Positions 27,201-40,985 of a stretch of DNA of 64,000 bases are shown in pieces. Both the position numbers and the translations under genes were made by a program. Origin of the DNA: Antedon mediterranea (taxonomy: Eukaryota > Animalia > Echinodermata); NCBI RefSeq assembly GCF_964355755.1, contig NC_092671.1, positions 33,304,304 to 33,368,303 on the forward strand. Reading direction: 5' to 3'. The number at the start of each line of letters is the position of its first letter. Within the stretch, counting starts at the first letter, position 1. The notes beneath the pieces are model-generated. The model saw only the letters and a program-made list of their open reading frames with translations. It was not told the DNA's origin and did not search any database.

Positions 27201-30200
27201 TTGCTCAATTCCAACTAATACAAGGTCTCTGATCAGCAGGTACTAATAGCCGAAACCTGAGGTTCGAGCTGGTTACGACCTCACAAGTCCTGCACAACAC
27301 AGCATGTCAGACAGACCGGTCAGTTTATCACTAAACACACTGTGTATAATCCTAGCAATGTACTATCGTGAGGACTGCCCTTTGCGGGGTAGATCAGTCA
27401 GCGAGCTGTACGCGCTCTAAATTTATAGTCGTATACAGTCAATCGTTGCCTTTATGAACAGCCAAAGAATAAATTAACTTGTAAAAATGTGGGCCAGTGT
27501 TACCCAAATCAGATTTCGTTTCCATAATTATTTTCTACGGTTAACAAACGTTTTGTCAGTTGTAGGAGGTTTCTGGATGTTTGATGATATTAATAAGTTG
27601 GGTGATTTATAATTAGTGACAGAAACAGAGCCTTGGGAGTTGCGCCTAAAAGTTGCGACTTCATCAACGTTGACAGCAAATAGCTTTTGAATCGTCAACA
27701 TGTTGGTTAAGCTCTTCGGTTGCTGATTATAAATGGCAAAGCCCTGGTCAGAAATAGGGGACTGCAGCGTTGATGCATATCTAGGAAATGTGTAAATAAA
27801 TGATTTATAAAGGGGTCGATTTACTAGAATATCAATAACACAGTGCATACACCCTCTGAGGCCATAAAAGCAACCCAATAAAAATATTTTAATGATATTT
27901 GACATTTTCATGGTTCATAAATATGTCAAAAATTTAAATAAGACTTCTGCATAGTCTATAAAAAGTATGTTTTTTACTCTAGTTCATCTAGCCACAAGGC
28001 CATAATTTGCCAATAGCAAAAAATCAATGTGTTTTACAAAGGCTGAAATCTGTCCAAAAATATGATGTTTTATTTTTTCATTTCAAGGAGCTTATTAAAC
28101 TACAAACAATGTCTTCATCGAGAGTACATCACACCTATTAAATACTACACACTGGCTAAATACACGATATTTACAAAATATAGTAAAACTCCTATTAAAG
28201 GGACATCTACATGCAACAAGTTTTCTTTTACAGTATGATTAGTTGTTTTCTCTGAAAAGGGATTTCCTGATGGTGGTGTCCTCTGAATAAAGTTTACTTA
28301 AAATCATGCGTGTCCTAATTAAAGGTATGTACTGTAAAAGATTTCACTACTTAGGGGACAGTTTTCTGTGAAATCAATGAAAATATTATTTATACTATGG
28401 TTAAACCTATTCATGGGAAACCCCTTAAAATGACAACTTGATTGGTCCCGAAAGTGTCCCATAAACATGCTCTGTACTGAAATACACAACTTGTGCTAAA
28501 TGTGTCGAGGTTACCTTTGCTTGTATGTGCAAGAAAATCAGTCAGAAAAACTGAGTAAATAAGTAGAAAATGAGAATTACCTAGGGTAATAATCAGGGCA
28601 TAGTACATCAACCTCAACATCTTTTTACTCTTTATAATTGACGTATTTCAGAGTAAATGAACTGATGAAACATATGTACAAAGCTACAATAAATATATAT
28701 AGGCACCTGCGTTTAATGTGTTTTTATATGTGGACAATGTCCTATCTAGTTTTATTAGCAATAAATTTTCAAATGCAAAGTCCTAAAATAGTGTTATAAA
28801 ATTGTATTAATTGCTAGTTAAGAAAAACATCAATTTAATTTATTGAAATTTGACCTGGCTTAATAATTTAAAAATTAATGTTATATATTTTAGTTATTAT
28901 TATTGCATAATCACAAAATATCAAAATATGATAAAGTAAGCAACCAATGGCATCAGTTTACAAAATAAACTAAATTTTTTATTTTTACACAGGGATTAAT
29001 AAATATCACATATTTCTGGTAATAAAAGTTGCGATATATATTATTATATTTTCCTTTGTTTTTTTTATGATAGTGCATGTTTTTTAAATATTTATTTTAT
29101 CTGAAAAATAATAAAAAAATACCTAGGACCTGCTATTGTTGTTATGGACGTCATACCAAAATAACTTTGCTTATTTTTTTTTTATGTCCACACTATTTAA
29201 CTGACCACACCCACAAAAAACCGATCAATATTTACCTATAACTTTCCTTTGAAATGAACGAGGAGGAATAAATGAACATTCAGGCCAACCCCTATTCAGG
29301 GGACACCTCTATAAAGTCCGTAATGTGCTCCTTAATAGGGGTTTTACTATATTATTAGTTTTTTATTCAAATGTTTTATATACCTTGGCATTAAACAAAA
29401 ATATAACGTACAGTATATAGAGGAGATGTTTGCAGAAAAATAGGGATTCTTGCGATGAACCCTCTGGAACACCCCTGGCTACAATGACAAAGTACATTGT
29501 TTACATCAGGTTAGGCAAAATTCAATCCAGACAATACATATAATAGAATTTCCTAATACTTGAAATACACTGGTTTAATAGACAGCAAATTGATATGATG
29601 ATTGCACAGACATTTTCTCTCTAGGTATTTGTACTTTGTTTAATGAAAGTAAAACCCTTTTAAAAGTACAACACAACAGCTTCAATATTCAATATTAAAA
29701 CTCCTAAAGTACAGTCCGCACTCAATAGTATAAGACACTTTAATTTAATTGAATATTGTTCATAATACACATTAAGTTTTACTATTGTTGAACTACTTTA
29801 TTATGTATATTCAAATTCTTATCTCAAGGATCATTTTAGCTTATTTAAAAAAGTGCCATAAACCTATCTTAATACAAAATCATTTTTCCCTATTATTTTC
29901 TTTCATGTTCGAAATCTAATCTATCAGTTTAAAAAAACAATAAATTTTAATACACATTAAAGATGTATTGTGTCCCAAAAACATGAATGAATAAAGATTA
30001 ATAAAATTAGATTTTAATAGGCCATTCTGCATTTAAGTTATTCACTTAACAAAAATGATTTCACTTACAAGGCCTAAAAAAAAAATTGTTTGTCTGCTGT
30101 CAAGTTTTTTTTGGTAGGGAGAGGGGGGGGGGGGGGGCAGGGGAATTTTTTATTTTTTTAAATTTTTTTTAAATGTAAATTTCTCTGTTAATTGTACGCG

Positions 30201-30387
30201 AATTTGAGAGTAACAAAACACACTGAATAAAACAACGAGCTCAAACATCTATTCATAATTTGTTTCACACTTTAATTCTGTTTTGGGCACGTTAGGCCCC
30301 GTGACTAAACTAGCCTAGATAGGCTAGGCCTACTACACAGTAGGTCGTTGTTAGCAGGCATAATTAAATATTTTAGAATTTAGTGTA

Positions 30388-30943
30388 CCGTATATTTCGG
30401 TGTATAAGTCGCACCTTTGTATAATAAGACGCACCCCCCTAACTGAGAGTAAAATATCGGTATTTTGTATATCGTCGATGTATAAGACGCACTTTATATT
30501 TCCTCAACAAAACAATGTTTTTTCTCACCTAGGCTCGGCCGCGCCCGGCCTCAACAAGAAGGGAAGTCCCCCATTCCGTCAGTTCTTTCTAACTTGTTAT
30601 TCATGAGTCGGCGATCGTGTGTACAACTATATAATACTATTCCAATCGTAAACGTTTAGAAATGAAATTTTATCGGAGCGCCTAAAACAGCTCCATAATG
30701 AACAAATCTTTTCATCATATTTAGTACAAAATCACGCTAAAATGCCTTGAAAACTAGCAGGTTGCTGTTACGTTAGTACACTGTAGCTAGGCTAGGCCTA
30801 CTCTTTAGTAATAGGCCCAGGCCTAGCCAACGAGGTGGCGATATCTGTGTGGTGAGGCATTTATGTTCGGTGTATAAGACGCACCCTTAATTTAGAGGTT
30901 AAATTTGCGTGTCAAAAGTGCGATTATACACCGAAATAAACGG
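30388..30943. mobile_element. Tc2/pogo-like MITE, 556 bp
   Basis: TIR CCGTATATTTCGGTGTATAAGTCGCAC (2 mismatches at the right end), TA flanks, subterminal TATAAGACGCAC repeats. Second copy at 45977-46786. Confidence 0.93.
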
Positions 30944-30996
30944 TACGTTATTAAGTTATTAAGTTCTGTTATTTATTTGTTAATTTTGTAGCTTAA

Positions 30997-31536
30997 AGAT
31001 GTATTGTCCCTTTGACTAATTCCCAAAAAATAAAAAATTTCGAAAAAAGGTGGGTCATTTTGAAGTATCATAATAGTTATTAACTATCACCAAAAATATT
31101 TCGGAAAAAAAAAAATTTAACTGAAATACAGACGTTTTTTTGTTTAAAAAATAACTTTGACTTCCAGTCAAAGTTTTCAATCAAAACATATCCCATAATA
31201 AAACGCGCTTGTTTGGCTACTCTGTATGCATAATCATAAAACTTCCTCATGATCTGTGTGAAAATACCTTCTTAACCGTGACGAGTTGTAAACAATCCTA
31301 ATTTAGCATATGCAAAATGCGTACTCATGGTTTGAAATCTTTGTTTACTTTCGCTCGTGACGATTTTCCAGATGAAATGTAATCAAACTAATTTACCTGT
31401 TAATTACGTAAATTTGTTGTTTTTGCCTCAAATTTTCAACTTAAAGTGAATAACTTTAATATTACTTTGATATGGCCACTTTAAATTTAGAATATTTTGA
31501 CCTTCATTTTTTTGTGTTTCAAGGGACAATACATCT
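30997..31536. mobile_element. Kolobok-like MITE, 540 bp
   Basis: TTAA on both flanks (30993-30996, 31537-31540) and TIR AGATGTATTGTCCCTT. Confidence 0.88.
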
Positions 31537-33273
31537 TTAAGTTAGTTAAGAAAAAAGGTACCAAGCTTGATTAGCTTCGGCTATACCTTGGCTACCTTTT
31601 GTATTAAATTGTTTTTTGTTTGATACAATAAAGAAGATTATTGTTATTGTTATTTTAATTGTTTCATCATTGCACACTCGATTAACACCTTATCTCCGCC
31701 CCTAATTGTTGGCGAAATTAGGGGCGGCGGATGACAGCAAACAAACTATTTTTTTTTTTAGGCCTAATAATACTTTTTTCAGGCAAATAATTTGTTTACA
31801 CATGCAATTTTCAGTCAAAGTGACTATTACGTGTCAAATGAAAAAAAAAATATTATTTAATAATAATAATAATAATAAAAGAAGTATATAAAACAAATCA
31901 TATTTCTATATTAAAAGAAAATAATGTAAATTATATATATTCATGATGCCCTAAAATAATGTGTGAACATATTGAAACTAAACATAATACAGATTAATGT
32001 CCCCATATTTTTCAACTAATTTATCATGTATTGAATTTGCTAAGTAATAGTTAAATACTTTAAAAAAAATTATTTTTAACCAATAAAAAACTGTACATAC
32101 TTGTAAAGTCTATTTTTAATAATAATTTTAATTAACATAAAAGTATTAAAACAATAATATAATAAAAGAAGATAATTTTTTTTTACTTGATGTCCTTATA
32201 ATGTGTGAAAATATTGAATCTAAACACAATGGCATTCAATTGATATGGAATTAAAGTTATGATTTTTTTTTCAAATCAATTCAAAAAGTAATAATTCATT
32301 ATTAATATCTCTTTATGTTTACATTTACATCAGTTTGAATGCAAAACTGTCTAATTTAAGCCAGTTAAACGCTGGATAACTTAAACATGTTTAATCATAT
32401 CTCAAAGTCGCATTTTTATAGCCTATTTAAGACAACCTTAATCAATTTTTAATCGCCATTATTTAAATCATTAAAAACCACTGAGACATGAGGTATAGCA
32501 TTATCTCAATGATCCTGAACAAAACCATACGAGCAGATATCCTAATAACGTTTAAATATTAATTGAATGAAAGATGTACGTTAAGAAACGTGTACGCAAG
32601 GGGCTTGATGGGGGAACAGCTTGGAGGTGAGATGTCATCGTGTTTATAACATTGATGCGCAACTAAATAGAACAATTTCAAGGCCATCCTTTGTACACAT
32701 TAATGAAAATCATAAAAATGGAAATTACCTTGACGCTTGCGAATTTTAATCAAATATATTACCACATAGTTAAAAATTGAATTTTACAAGTATAAAACGA
32801 AAGAAATTAAAAAGTTTTGAAAAGTACAGCTTTAAAAATTAATCTTTTATAATGCTAATTTTTGTTTGTCCTTGAAAAATTAATTACAAAAGGAATATTT
32901 AAAAATGTATTCAAAACTACATAACTTAACCTAAAAATGCATTTGTGTTTTTTACCAATATTTTTATTTTAAAATGTGATTCTAAGTCATCCCATTATGT
33001 AAAACATTTCATGTTGCAAAACCCAGTGGGAACATCCCAGCTCAGTCGTTTTTAACATATTCTAAATGTTACATTTCAAATACAAATGGCAATGCACTGT
33101 ATGGAGGCATATGAAAGTATAATTTATGTTTAAGTAGGTGGCCGATAAACATAATCTTACAATTACAATGTTTTTAATGTAGGTTTATTTGTTTAATGTT
33201 TGTGTAAAAAAAATCATAGATAATTTACTAGGTATTGGACTGTATAAATTCATGTATATAAAAAAAAACTAAA

Positions 33274-33474
33274 ATACAGTAGAACGTCTATTAGGGGGGG
33301 GGGGGGGCATGTTCAGGACACAACATAATGTCACCTTTATAGGGGTGTCTTCTAAAAAAGGGATGGCCTTCATGTTGAAATATGTATTTTTAATTATTCA
33401 TGTGACGGGAATGTGTTCCCTTAAATAATAGGGGTGTCCTCAGATAGGAGTGTCCCAAAGAAGGGTTCTATTGT
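33274..33474. mobile_element. Degenerate short MITE of an abundant GGGACAC-containing family
   Basis: TACAGTAGAAC...GGGTTCTATTGT ends with internal GGGGTGTCC motifs. Relatives lie near 11160, 25817, 28181, 29285, 37820, 40220-40400, 52611, 59440 and 60797-61150. Confidence 0.65.
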
Positions 33475-36400
33475 TAGTCCTTAACATTGATCCTGCTTTG
33501 GACATGTAACCCTCCAGTCATGCCAAATCAAACACCACTGCCAATTCATCAGAGAATGGTACAGTTATCTATCAACAATATTTCACATAAGACAATTTCC
33601 ATTCATGATAGAATCAAAAGTACAAATTGATTGATTGTTTGTAACGATGGCACTGTGGTAGTTTCATGTTATAGATCCTGGGTTAAAATAGGAAAGAAAC
33701 TCTACCTAAAGCTTGGTTCCAACTAGGACAGAACACACTTTTTTTTCAATTATCGTATTTTGATATATGATCACCAAGAATGAGCACCAAATTTGGTTTA
33801 TTTATGATTTCTGTTTGTGAAGATATAAGTAAAAGGGTGAATTTAGAAAACCGGACATATGTCAAGTACGGTAACTATGGATTTACTGGACTATCTATCT
33901 AGGTCTTCTATGATAAAAATGTGGTCAAAATATGTAATCTTAACAGACAAACACAGAAAAGGGTGAGGTGATCTCATAACCTCAATGCAGGGTAATAATA
34001 TATAAACTTACTGCAATAATAAACAAATAAACAAATGTTTACCTTCAAAGTTCAATTTATCTGGAAACAAAATTTGAACAACACATTAAAATTTCAGATA
34101 ACCTTCATATAACTGATATTAATAAAAAAAAAATATGATGTCAATGTGTAATTATGGGTTCAGCGACCTTAAATTCAAGTGGTATGCATTGACCTGGAGG
34201 CGCTTAAGAATATAATTAAAAACGTAAGTAACCTAGTTTTACTTAATCTATCTTGGTGGTTGAATTCCCCTTTTTAATATAGTAAACATGTATAATAATT
34301 CCTTTACATTAACAACCTTGATGGAACATCTTAACAATGAAAATCTATAATACTGATGACAGGATTTGGCCTATGAGATCAAAAGCCTACAACCTACAAT
34401 GGACCATAGATGATATTAATGAAAAGAAATATGTTTTACGGAAGTAAAGTAGCATTAAATCTCTCTTATTTACTCAAATCCTGATTGCAAAAAACATTTC
34501 ATAGTATCTGTGGAGTTATTTTGAACTGCTATGTAATCATGGTGACAATTTCCTGTGAAACAAACAATGAAGACTGTGGCTAAACATTTTGTTTGTTTCC
34601 AAAGGTGTCTCTTAATAGAGCTTCTAAAATAGAAAGTTAAACTACTGGAAGTTTGGAAGAAACAACTGCAAAGTTTAAAACTAACAAATATGAAGTGACT
34701 TAATAGCAAAGGATTTGGCTACAACAAAATGACCACCTTAAAAAAATGTTAACCTATGCTAACAGCAAACAGACTTTCGTAGTATTCGAACCAATATCTT
34801 GATAAGTTCAGGAAACCTTCATCATCAAATACACAAGATGCCAATCAAAAATGATAGCATATGTAAAGTTTATTGACTAGAGTATCCTCTACATAAGTAT
34901 ACTAAAACATTGTTTGATGTTATCATATCATAAACAGTGATTATTGTTTGTACAAAATGTACAGTACAGCTTACAATACACATAAAAAAGTATTGATCGC
35001 TGGTTACAGTATGGGGAGTATCGATTCCTATGTCAACCCATCACCAGAGTAGAGTTCATAGGTTTAAATAATTTCTACCTTCTGGGAAAATTTCGTTCAG
35101 AAAATCTTTAAAAATGGTAATTTAATAATAATGATTATAAAATGGTTATTAATGGACTGGGGGATAAACATCATCTACTTTTACAATTTTATGTATTTCT
35201 TCGGGGCATCATAATTTAAAACATTGCAACTGAAATTGAAGTCTTTGCTACAAGCTTCTATGGAAATATCAATCATTGTTCTCAAATTTAAAAGAATACT
35301 TTGCTTTGATATGTTAGATTTTTGTTGTTGACGCAATCTAACCTTAGCCATTCAACACAAGATTTTGAAATAGGGGGTTCAGGACACAAGAATGGTAAAA
35401 TGATGTGCTGAACTAATTTCTTATCATTATTTTTATTGTAAATTTACCCCAGAGTGTTCCTGTGGAGAGAGGTTATGGTTGCTTTTTATTGACATGAAGG
35501 TCGTAGATTAGACTTTTACTTGTGCAAATTGTTTTGCATTTAAATGTACAGTTTTTATTTCAAATTAAGTAAATTTTTTGGGCCAAATTCTAACCCAAGC
35601 ATTAAATGCTTAGTGGTATAGAAATATGGATGCTTATTGACTTTCAGATTGTGTTGCTTGGTGTTTTTAAATGTCAACATGTTTTTTGCATGTATTTTTC
35701 TTGGACTTTAACAATCATAGCCATTGATTGCTTGTGGTGTAGTGGTATGGGTGCTCGCTGGTGATCAGAAAGTCGTAGGTTCAAACCTTAAGTATTCTTA
35801 ATGTACTTGCATATTTGGTACAAAATAAGTTAGTTTATAAATTAAAATATAATTTAAGTTTTTTGACAAAAAAGATGAACTTACACCAACAAGGTATACA
35901 TGACAGGTGGGCCTATAAAGACTGGTGGGCATAACAAAATGGGGGGGGGGGGGGGGGGTTAATTGGATAATAACATGGTTTACCAATAATGTAATTTAAT
36001 TTTTGTTTGATTATTGACTCTGTAAATTTTTCAATTTATTTATATAATAAATTTAAAATAATAAACAAACTTGAAGCCAATGAACGCTGATGACGACATG
36101 AAAGACATGGTGAAGTTAAAAGTTACAATTTATCACAATGGTGCCAAAACCAATAAAAATAACAGACTCTCATAACAAAAACTGTAGAGACATATACATT
36201 AATATTAATAAATAATACAATTTGTGACAAGAAAAATGTTCATTTTTGATGAATGTTCATGATGGTGCTAAAAAGGTGATGAATAATATGACAACAATGG
36301 CATCTCTTTTGATTTATTAGCAAAATTGGCATCCACATACAAAAAAAATTAATTCTCTGGTTTTAAATCCATTTTTGTTCGAATTTTATTTATGTATTAA

Positions 36401-37174
36401 ACCCATGTTTATGGGAACACAACCAAATGAAATAAAAGACACATGCCATTACTATGACCTTGAGTTCTGCAAATCAAATTAATGTCATAAAATATGAAAT
36501 ACAAAAGCAATAAATCATATGATTTATTTATTTGTAACAAGAGGGGAGGTAGGATCATTTACATATGTGCAATTAATGTGACACTGTACTATGCAATTGA
36601 ATACGAAAGCAGGCAAACGCAGACAAAGATACGCTTTTATACAAAGGTGTTGTAACTACTACTTTAGTACAATGTTGTGTAAAATGTGTGAAAGTTAAGT
36701 ATATAGATGGATAGCCAAAGTGCAAGAAAAACACATGCATCAGTGTTTAGCATTACATTCACATTTCGTAGTTGACTTAAAATAATAAGTTAATCTGTTT
36801 ATCAACATTGTAAAGTATATAATATTATATATAATTATTGCATATATCTTTCCATATATATCTTTTTTAAAGAAAATATAAGATAATGTCACATTATACA
36901 GAGTATATTGTTATTTTATCTTATTATTATTTATTTATTCATGTAAATTAATAAATATAATAAATTATTCTGTCTAATAAAATTACTGTCTTTTATTTAT
37001 AGTATATTATTATTCTACTTTTGAATTTATTCATTAATGTAAATTAATAAATAGAATAAATTATTCTGTTTAATAAAATTACTGTCTTTTATTTATCTTG
37101 TTATATACTTTTCATTATACATTAAAATCAACATACAGTAAAAAAAAAACAAAGAAATTTTGATGTTGTTGACT

Positions 37175-37350
37175 TATATAGCATATTTAAAAATCAGCAG
37201 ATTGTCCAAAAGCGCTTAACATTTTTTTTAATAAAATGAGAAAGAAAACAGAATAAATTAAACTAAATAATGGCTTTTTAAAAGGGTTTTAAAAACTTTG
37301 ATAGATGATGATTCTTGAATGGAATTGGGAAGATTGTTCCACAGCAACTG
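37175..37350 (-). mobile_element. L2/CR1-group LINE 3' fragment
   Basis: Translates as QLLWNNLPNSIQESSSIKVFKTLLK, a typical ORF2 C-terminus, followed by an L2-like tail TAAGCGCTTTTG...GCTATATAA. Confidence 0.75.
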
Positions 37351-40300
37351 CACATGCTTGATCACCAATCAATAAAAGTAAAATGTACTAGTTTTCAGAT
37401 TATATTAACAGACTACATTTGTATTTATTTATTTATTAGATTAATTAAATATTAATAAATTCAATCCAACTAAAGTATCTGTAACTGCTATTAAACTATA
37501 TTATAAAGTATTAAAACAAATTTGTTATCATTAAAATTGATATTAAATATTATTACCAGTAATAATTACAAACAAAGCTTTTCACAAATTAAGTTTTAAG
37601 TATGAACACAGCACAGAATTTATCAAATTTTCAGTGAAAATATATCATTGCATTAAAAAATATGTAACATAAGAATGTGTTATTGTAAGACAAGCACCTT
37701 TACAACATTAGGAGTTTCAATTCAAGGAAAAATTAAATTTTAAGTATAGTGTATAGTTGAAATAATTATCATATAATTAATATCTAGTAGAAACCATAGA
37801 ACAAAAACCAAATGTCAGCTTAATAGGAGTGTCCCCTGAAAAAGGGGTTAGCCGCAGTGTTAAAATGTATTTCCTCTTGTTTGTTTCAAAGGAAAGAGTC
37901 CCATTAATAGAGGGTATCCCAAAAGAGGAGTTAATTAAATGTAAAAAATACATTCATAAAGAGACAGAACAGACGTTGAGAGAAATAATTTGAAATGAGA
38001 TATTATAAATAAACAATTGTCGAACGGATATTCAAAAAGAATATTAATAGATCATACAGTTGTCTTGTCCGGTAACTTTATTTTTATGACTGTTAAACCA
38101 TCTCCAAAATGTCCTCCGTCATGTCACTATTTACTTTCAGGTAATAAGCCAAAGTTTTATGTTGTGTTCTGTGTACTTAACGTAAGCCTTTAATCCGCAT
38201 AGACAGTGATCACAAATTTAATGGGACGCTACTTCGGTCCATCGAGAGTCAAATATTTCATCACAAAATTGTCAACAATTTTGGCCTCAGTAACTTTTCA
38301 TATTTCTTGAAAAAAACTTTATATATAAATGTCTTCAATTCCCAATACCAAACACACTAACACTAAAATGCAACACATTTATAAATATTTATACAAATGG
38401 GAAATTCAATCCCAGAGTACAATAGATGCATTTTGCAATTTATTATACATCAAATCTTATGGGAATGGCATATTAAATCCAAAGCTATGTGATTCTTCGG
38501 CTATATTTAAAGGAAAAAAAAACAACATACGTAGAAACGACTAGATTGATAGTTTGCTTGTTCATTAGTAAACGAAATATGCGTTTGTATAAACCCCAAC
38601 ACGAAGCAATGCGTCCGTGACATTTTCACTGAGTGTCAAATGCCACTGGACTAATCTTCAGAGCCTGGGGGTAAGCTATTAATGCATAATGTAAAACTTT
38701 ACCATCTCTGCTGCTGCCTTCCCCATAACATATAATATTGACTGTCGTCGTAGGTCGTGACATTTTGAACCCCTACATTCTATATTTTATTATCCTTTCC
38801 CTCCCAATCCTCATTTTTCATACTGCCTACATCTCAGCATTCCTTCATATATCTTGTTTGTAAGAATTACAATTTTATTCACATTTTTCACCTTTTGAAA
38901 TAAATAATTCTGGTTCTCTATTTTCCTTTCTAAAGTTTTATTTTTAGTTTATTTAACACTAATTCCTAGTGTTCAAAGTAGTTTTAAAATAAACATTAAA
39001 AAAAAATGTTTGTTTCATTTAAACTATTTTTTTAAAGAACTCTTTGTTATATAACTTTGATACAAGTGCTTTTATAAATAAAAGTTTTTTTTTTAAATTA
39101 AAAATCTGCAATTCTACCCTAATCCAATAACCAGGCTTTTCCTTAGTATTCTTCCTATTTACAACATAGATGACAAGCAAGCTATTTTCACTGTACTAAA
39201 CCACATTACAACCGGTTGTGATAACAGCTCACACAATGCTTTACTTATGTTATTCTTTTGCAAAATTGTTCCATGCAGATTAGAATAAATCCTACATAAT
39301 CCGAGTCTTAAACAACCCATTTATAAATAATATCATGTTAAAATACCAATGTCATCATGTTTTAAAATCCGGTATTAATGAATAATACATAATCCGGAAC
39401 AGAAATGAATGTTAAATAGTATTTAATACAGTCTTTGTGTCATTGCCATTATGTGAAAGCCACACAATAGAAAGTTTGTTGAATTGTTTATTTGTAAAAA
39501 CAAGTTATTATTCACAAAGAATAAACAAACAATATGTAATTACCTCATCCTTTTACAAATAAAAAAGAAAGTTTGTTAAAAAACTTGTGAAAATGTAACT
39601 ACAAATAACTAATCAACAAATTTGCGAAAATTTTTATACAAGGGTCATTTTTTCTTATAAAAATCTTATTCAATTTCACCATCAAATGTTTATTTTATTT
39701 CTTGCCTCCAATAGCAAGATGACAATTGCATTTAGCTTTAAACGCGACTAAAACTGAACCAATTCACTTTTTTTTTTATTTCAGAAGCATTTTCAGCAAT
39801 CAATATACCAATATCAGTTTCTATCAATGTATATCAATATCTCTCCGTATTCAATATCTATCAATGTCTATAAATATCTGCATTGATTATAGATTGATAA
39901 CAAGTTTGATTGTATATCACAAGATATAACTTGATCCTCCAATATCTGATCTAATATCAAGGTATCCAAATGCAACAGAGGCATTGATTGGGCGAGCGAT
40001 GTAGGTTTAAGAAACCAATGTGAATTTGTCGTCAATGTTGTCATAATGATGACATTAATTTCCATCAAAATTTTATATTTTAAATGTCTAAAGCTGTACA
40101 TGTTTTCCCAAGAAGTTGAGATTTTCTTACACAATTTATTTTATTCCCGAAATTGTTGTGGTATTGTCAAACTTTTGTTTGAATATGAAAACTGTTGTTC
40201 ATTATACAATATGCACACACCACTTTTTGGACATCTCCATTCAGGGGACACTCCTGTTACAAATGAGGATATTGTTTTTGTAAAAAGAACAAGGGCCATG

Positions 40301-40827
40301 TATGTTCTAACACTATGGGCAACTCCTCTGTTCAGGGACACCCTATTAAAAGCTTAATTTGTTGGGTCCTGAAGGTGTCCCCTTGGGGAGTTCTCCTGTA
40401 GATCAATCTATTGAATAACCTTAGTGGTAAATAATTTGTTTAGGGATTCTTCTAACAGAATAATCATATTATGACTACAAAACAAAAACCAAAACAAAAG
40501 CTGTAGTCACTGTGTCTGAAAGCTTACAGTCAAATTGCAATTATGAGTAAATGACACTTGTTCCCATAACCACCGCTTATATTACGACCAAACAAAGTGT
40601 ATTTTGAAAGGTATTACACAGGTTGAAAGTGTGGTTGCATGTTTATTGACACTCGCAAAAGTATTTAATTTATGCAATACTGCTTTATGAGCATGTTCGG
40701 CCATTAAAAAAAAAATTCATAAGCATCCAACAGCAAGAAATTCGCCAAAAACTGGATGGATAAACAATTTTTTTATCATTTATAAAACTTATAGTCTCAT
40801 TTGAGGCTTAGAGAGTGAAGTTGAAAA

Positions 40828-40910
40828 AGCTGTGAGCACAGGTCAGGATTGAACCCTGGACCTTGAGATTGGAAGGCAAGTATGTTAACCAGCAAAGTAA
40901 CAGGTCCACT
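40828..40910 (-). mobile_element. tRNA-derived SINE head
   Basis: Minus strand AGTGGA...TGCTGGTTA...CTTCCAA...GGTTCAATCC aligns by eye with the head at 60004. Confidence 0.55.
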
Positions 40911-40985
40911 TTCAATTTATACTCAAGAATTTTACATATGTTTCGTTTAAACCAACTTACCAAACCAACTTGTACCTAAATTTGC

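Larger units (their letters stand above)
30071..31764. mobile_element. Zator-like non-autonomous element containing two nested MITEs
   Basis: TIR GGCCTAAAAAAAAAA..TGTTTG..TGCTGTCA at both ends. Flanks are CAA/TAA, an imperfect 3-bp TWA-type TSD. Confidence 0.7.

Noticed and set aside
27528-27911. 127-aa minus-strand ORF with an internal acceptor-like tttcctag
   Set aside because: No recognisable domain, and inclusion would break the receptor P-box. It cannot be excluded as a minor terminal exon.
35730-35790. tRNA genes here and at 40828, 57366, 57545 and 60004
   Set aside because: Only A/B-box remnants without an intact cloverleaf; these are SINE heads.
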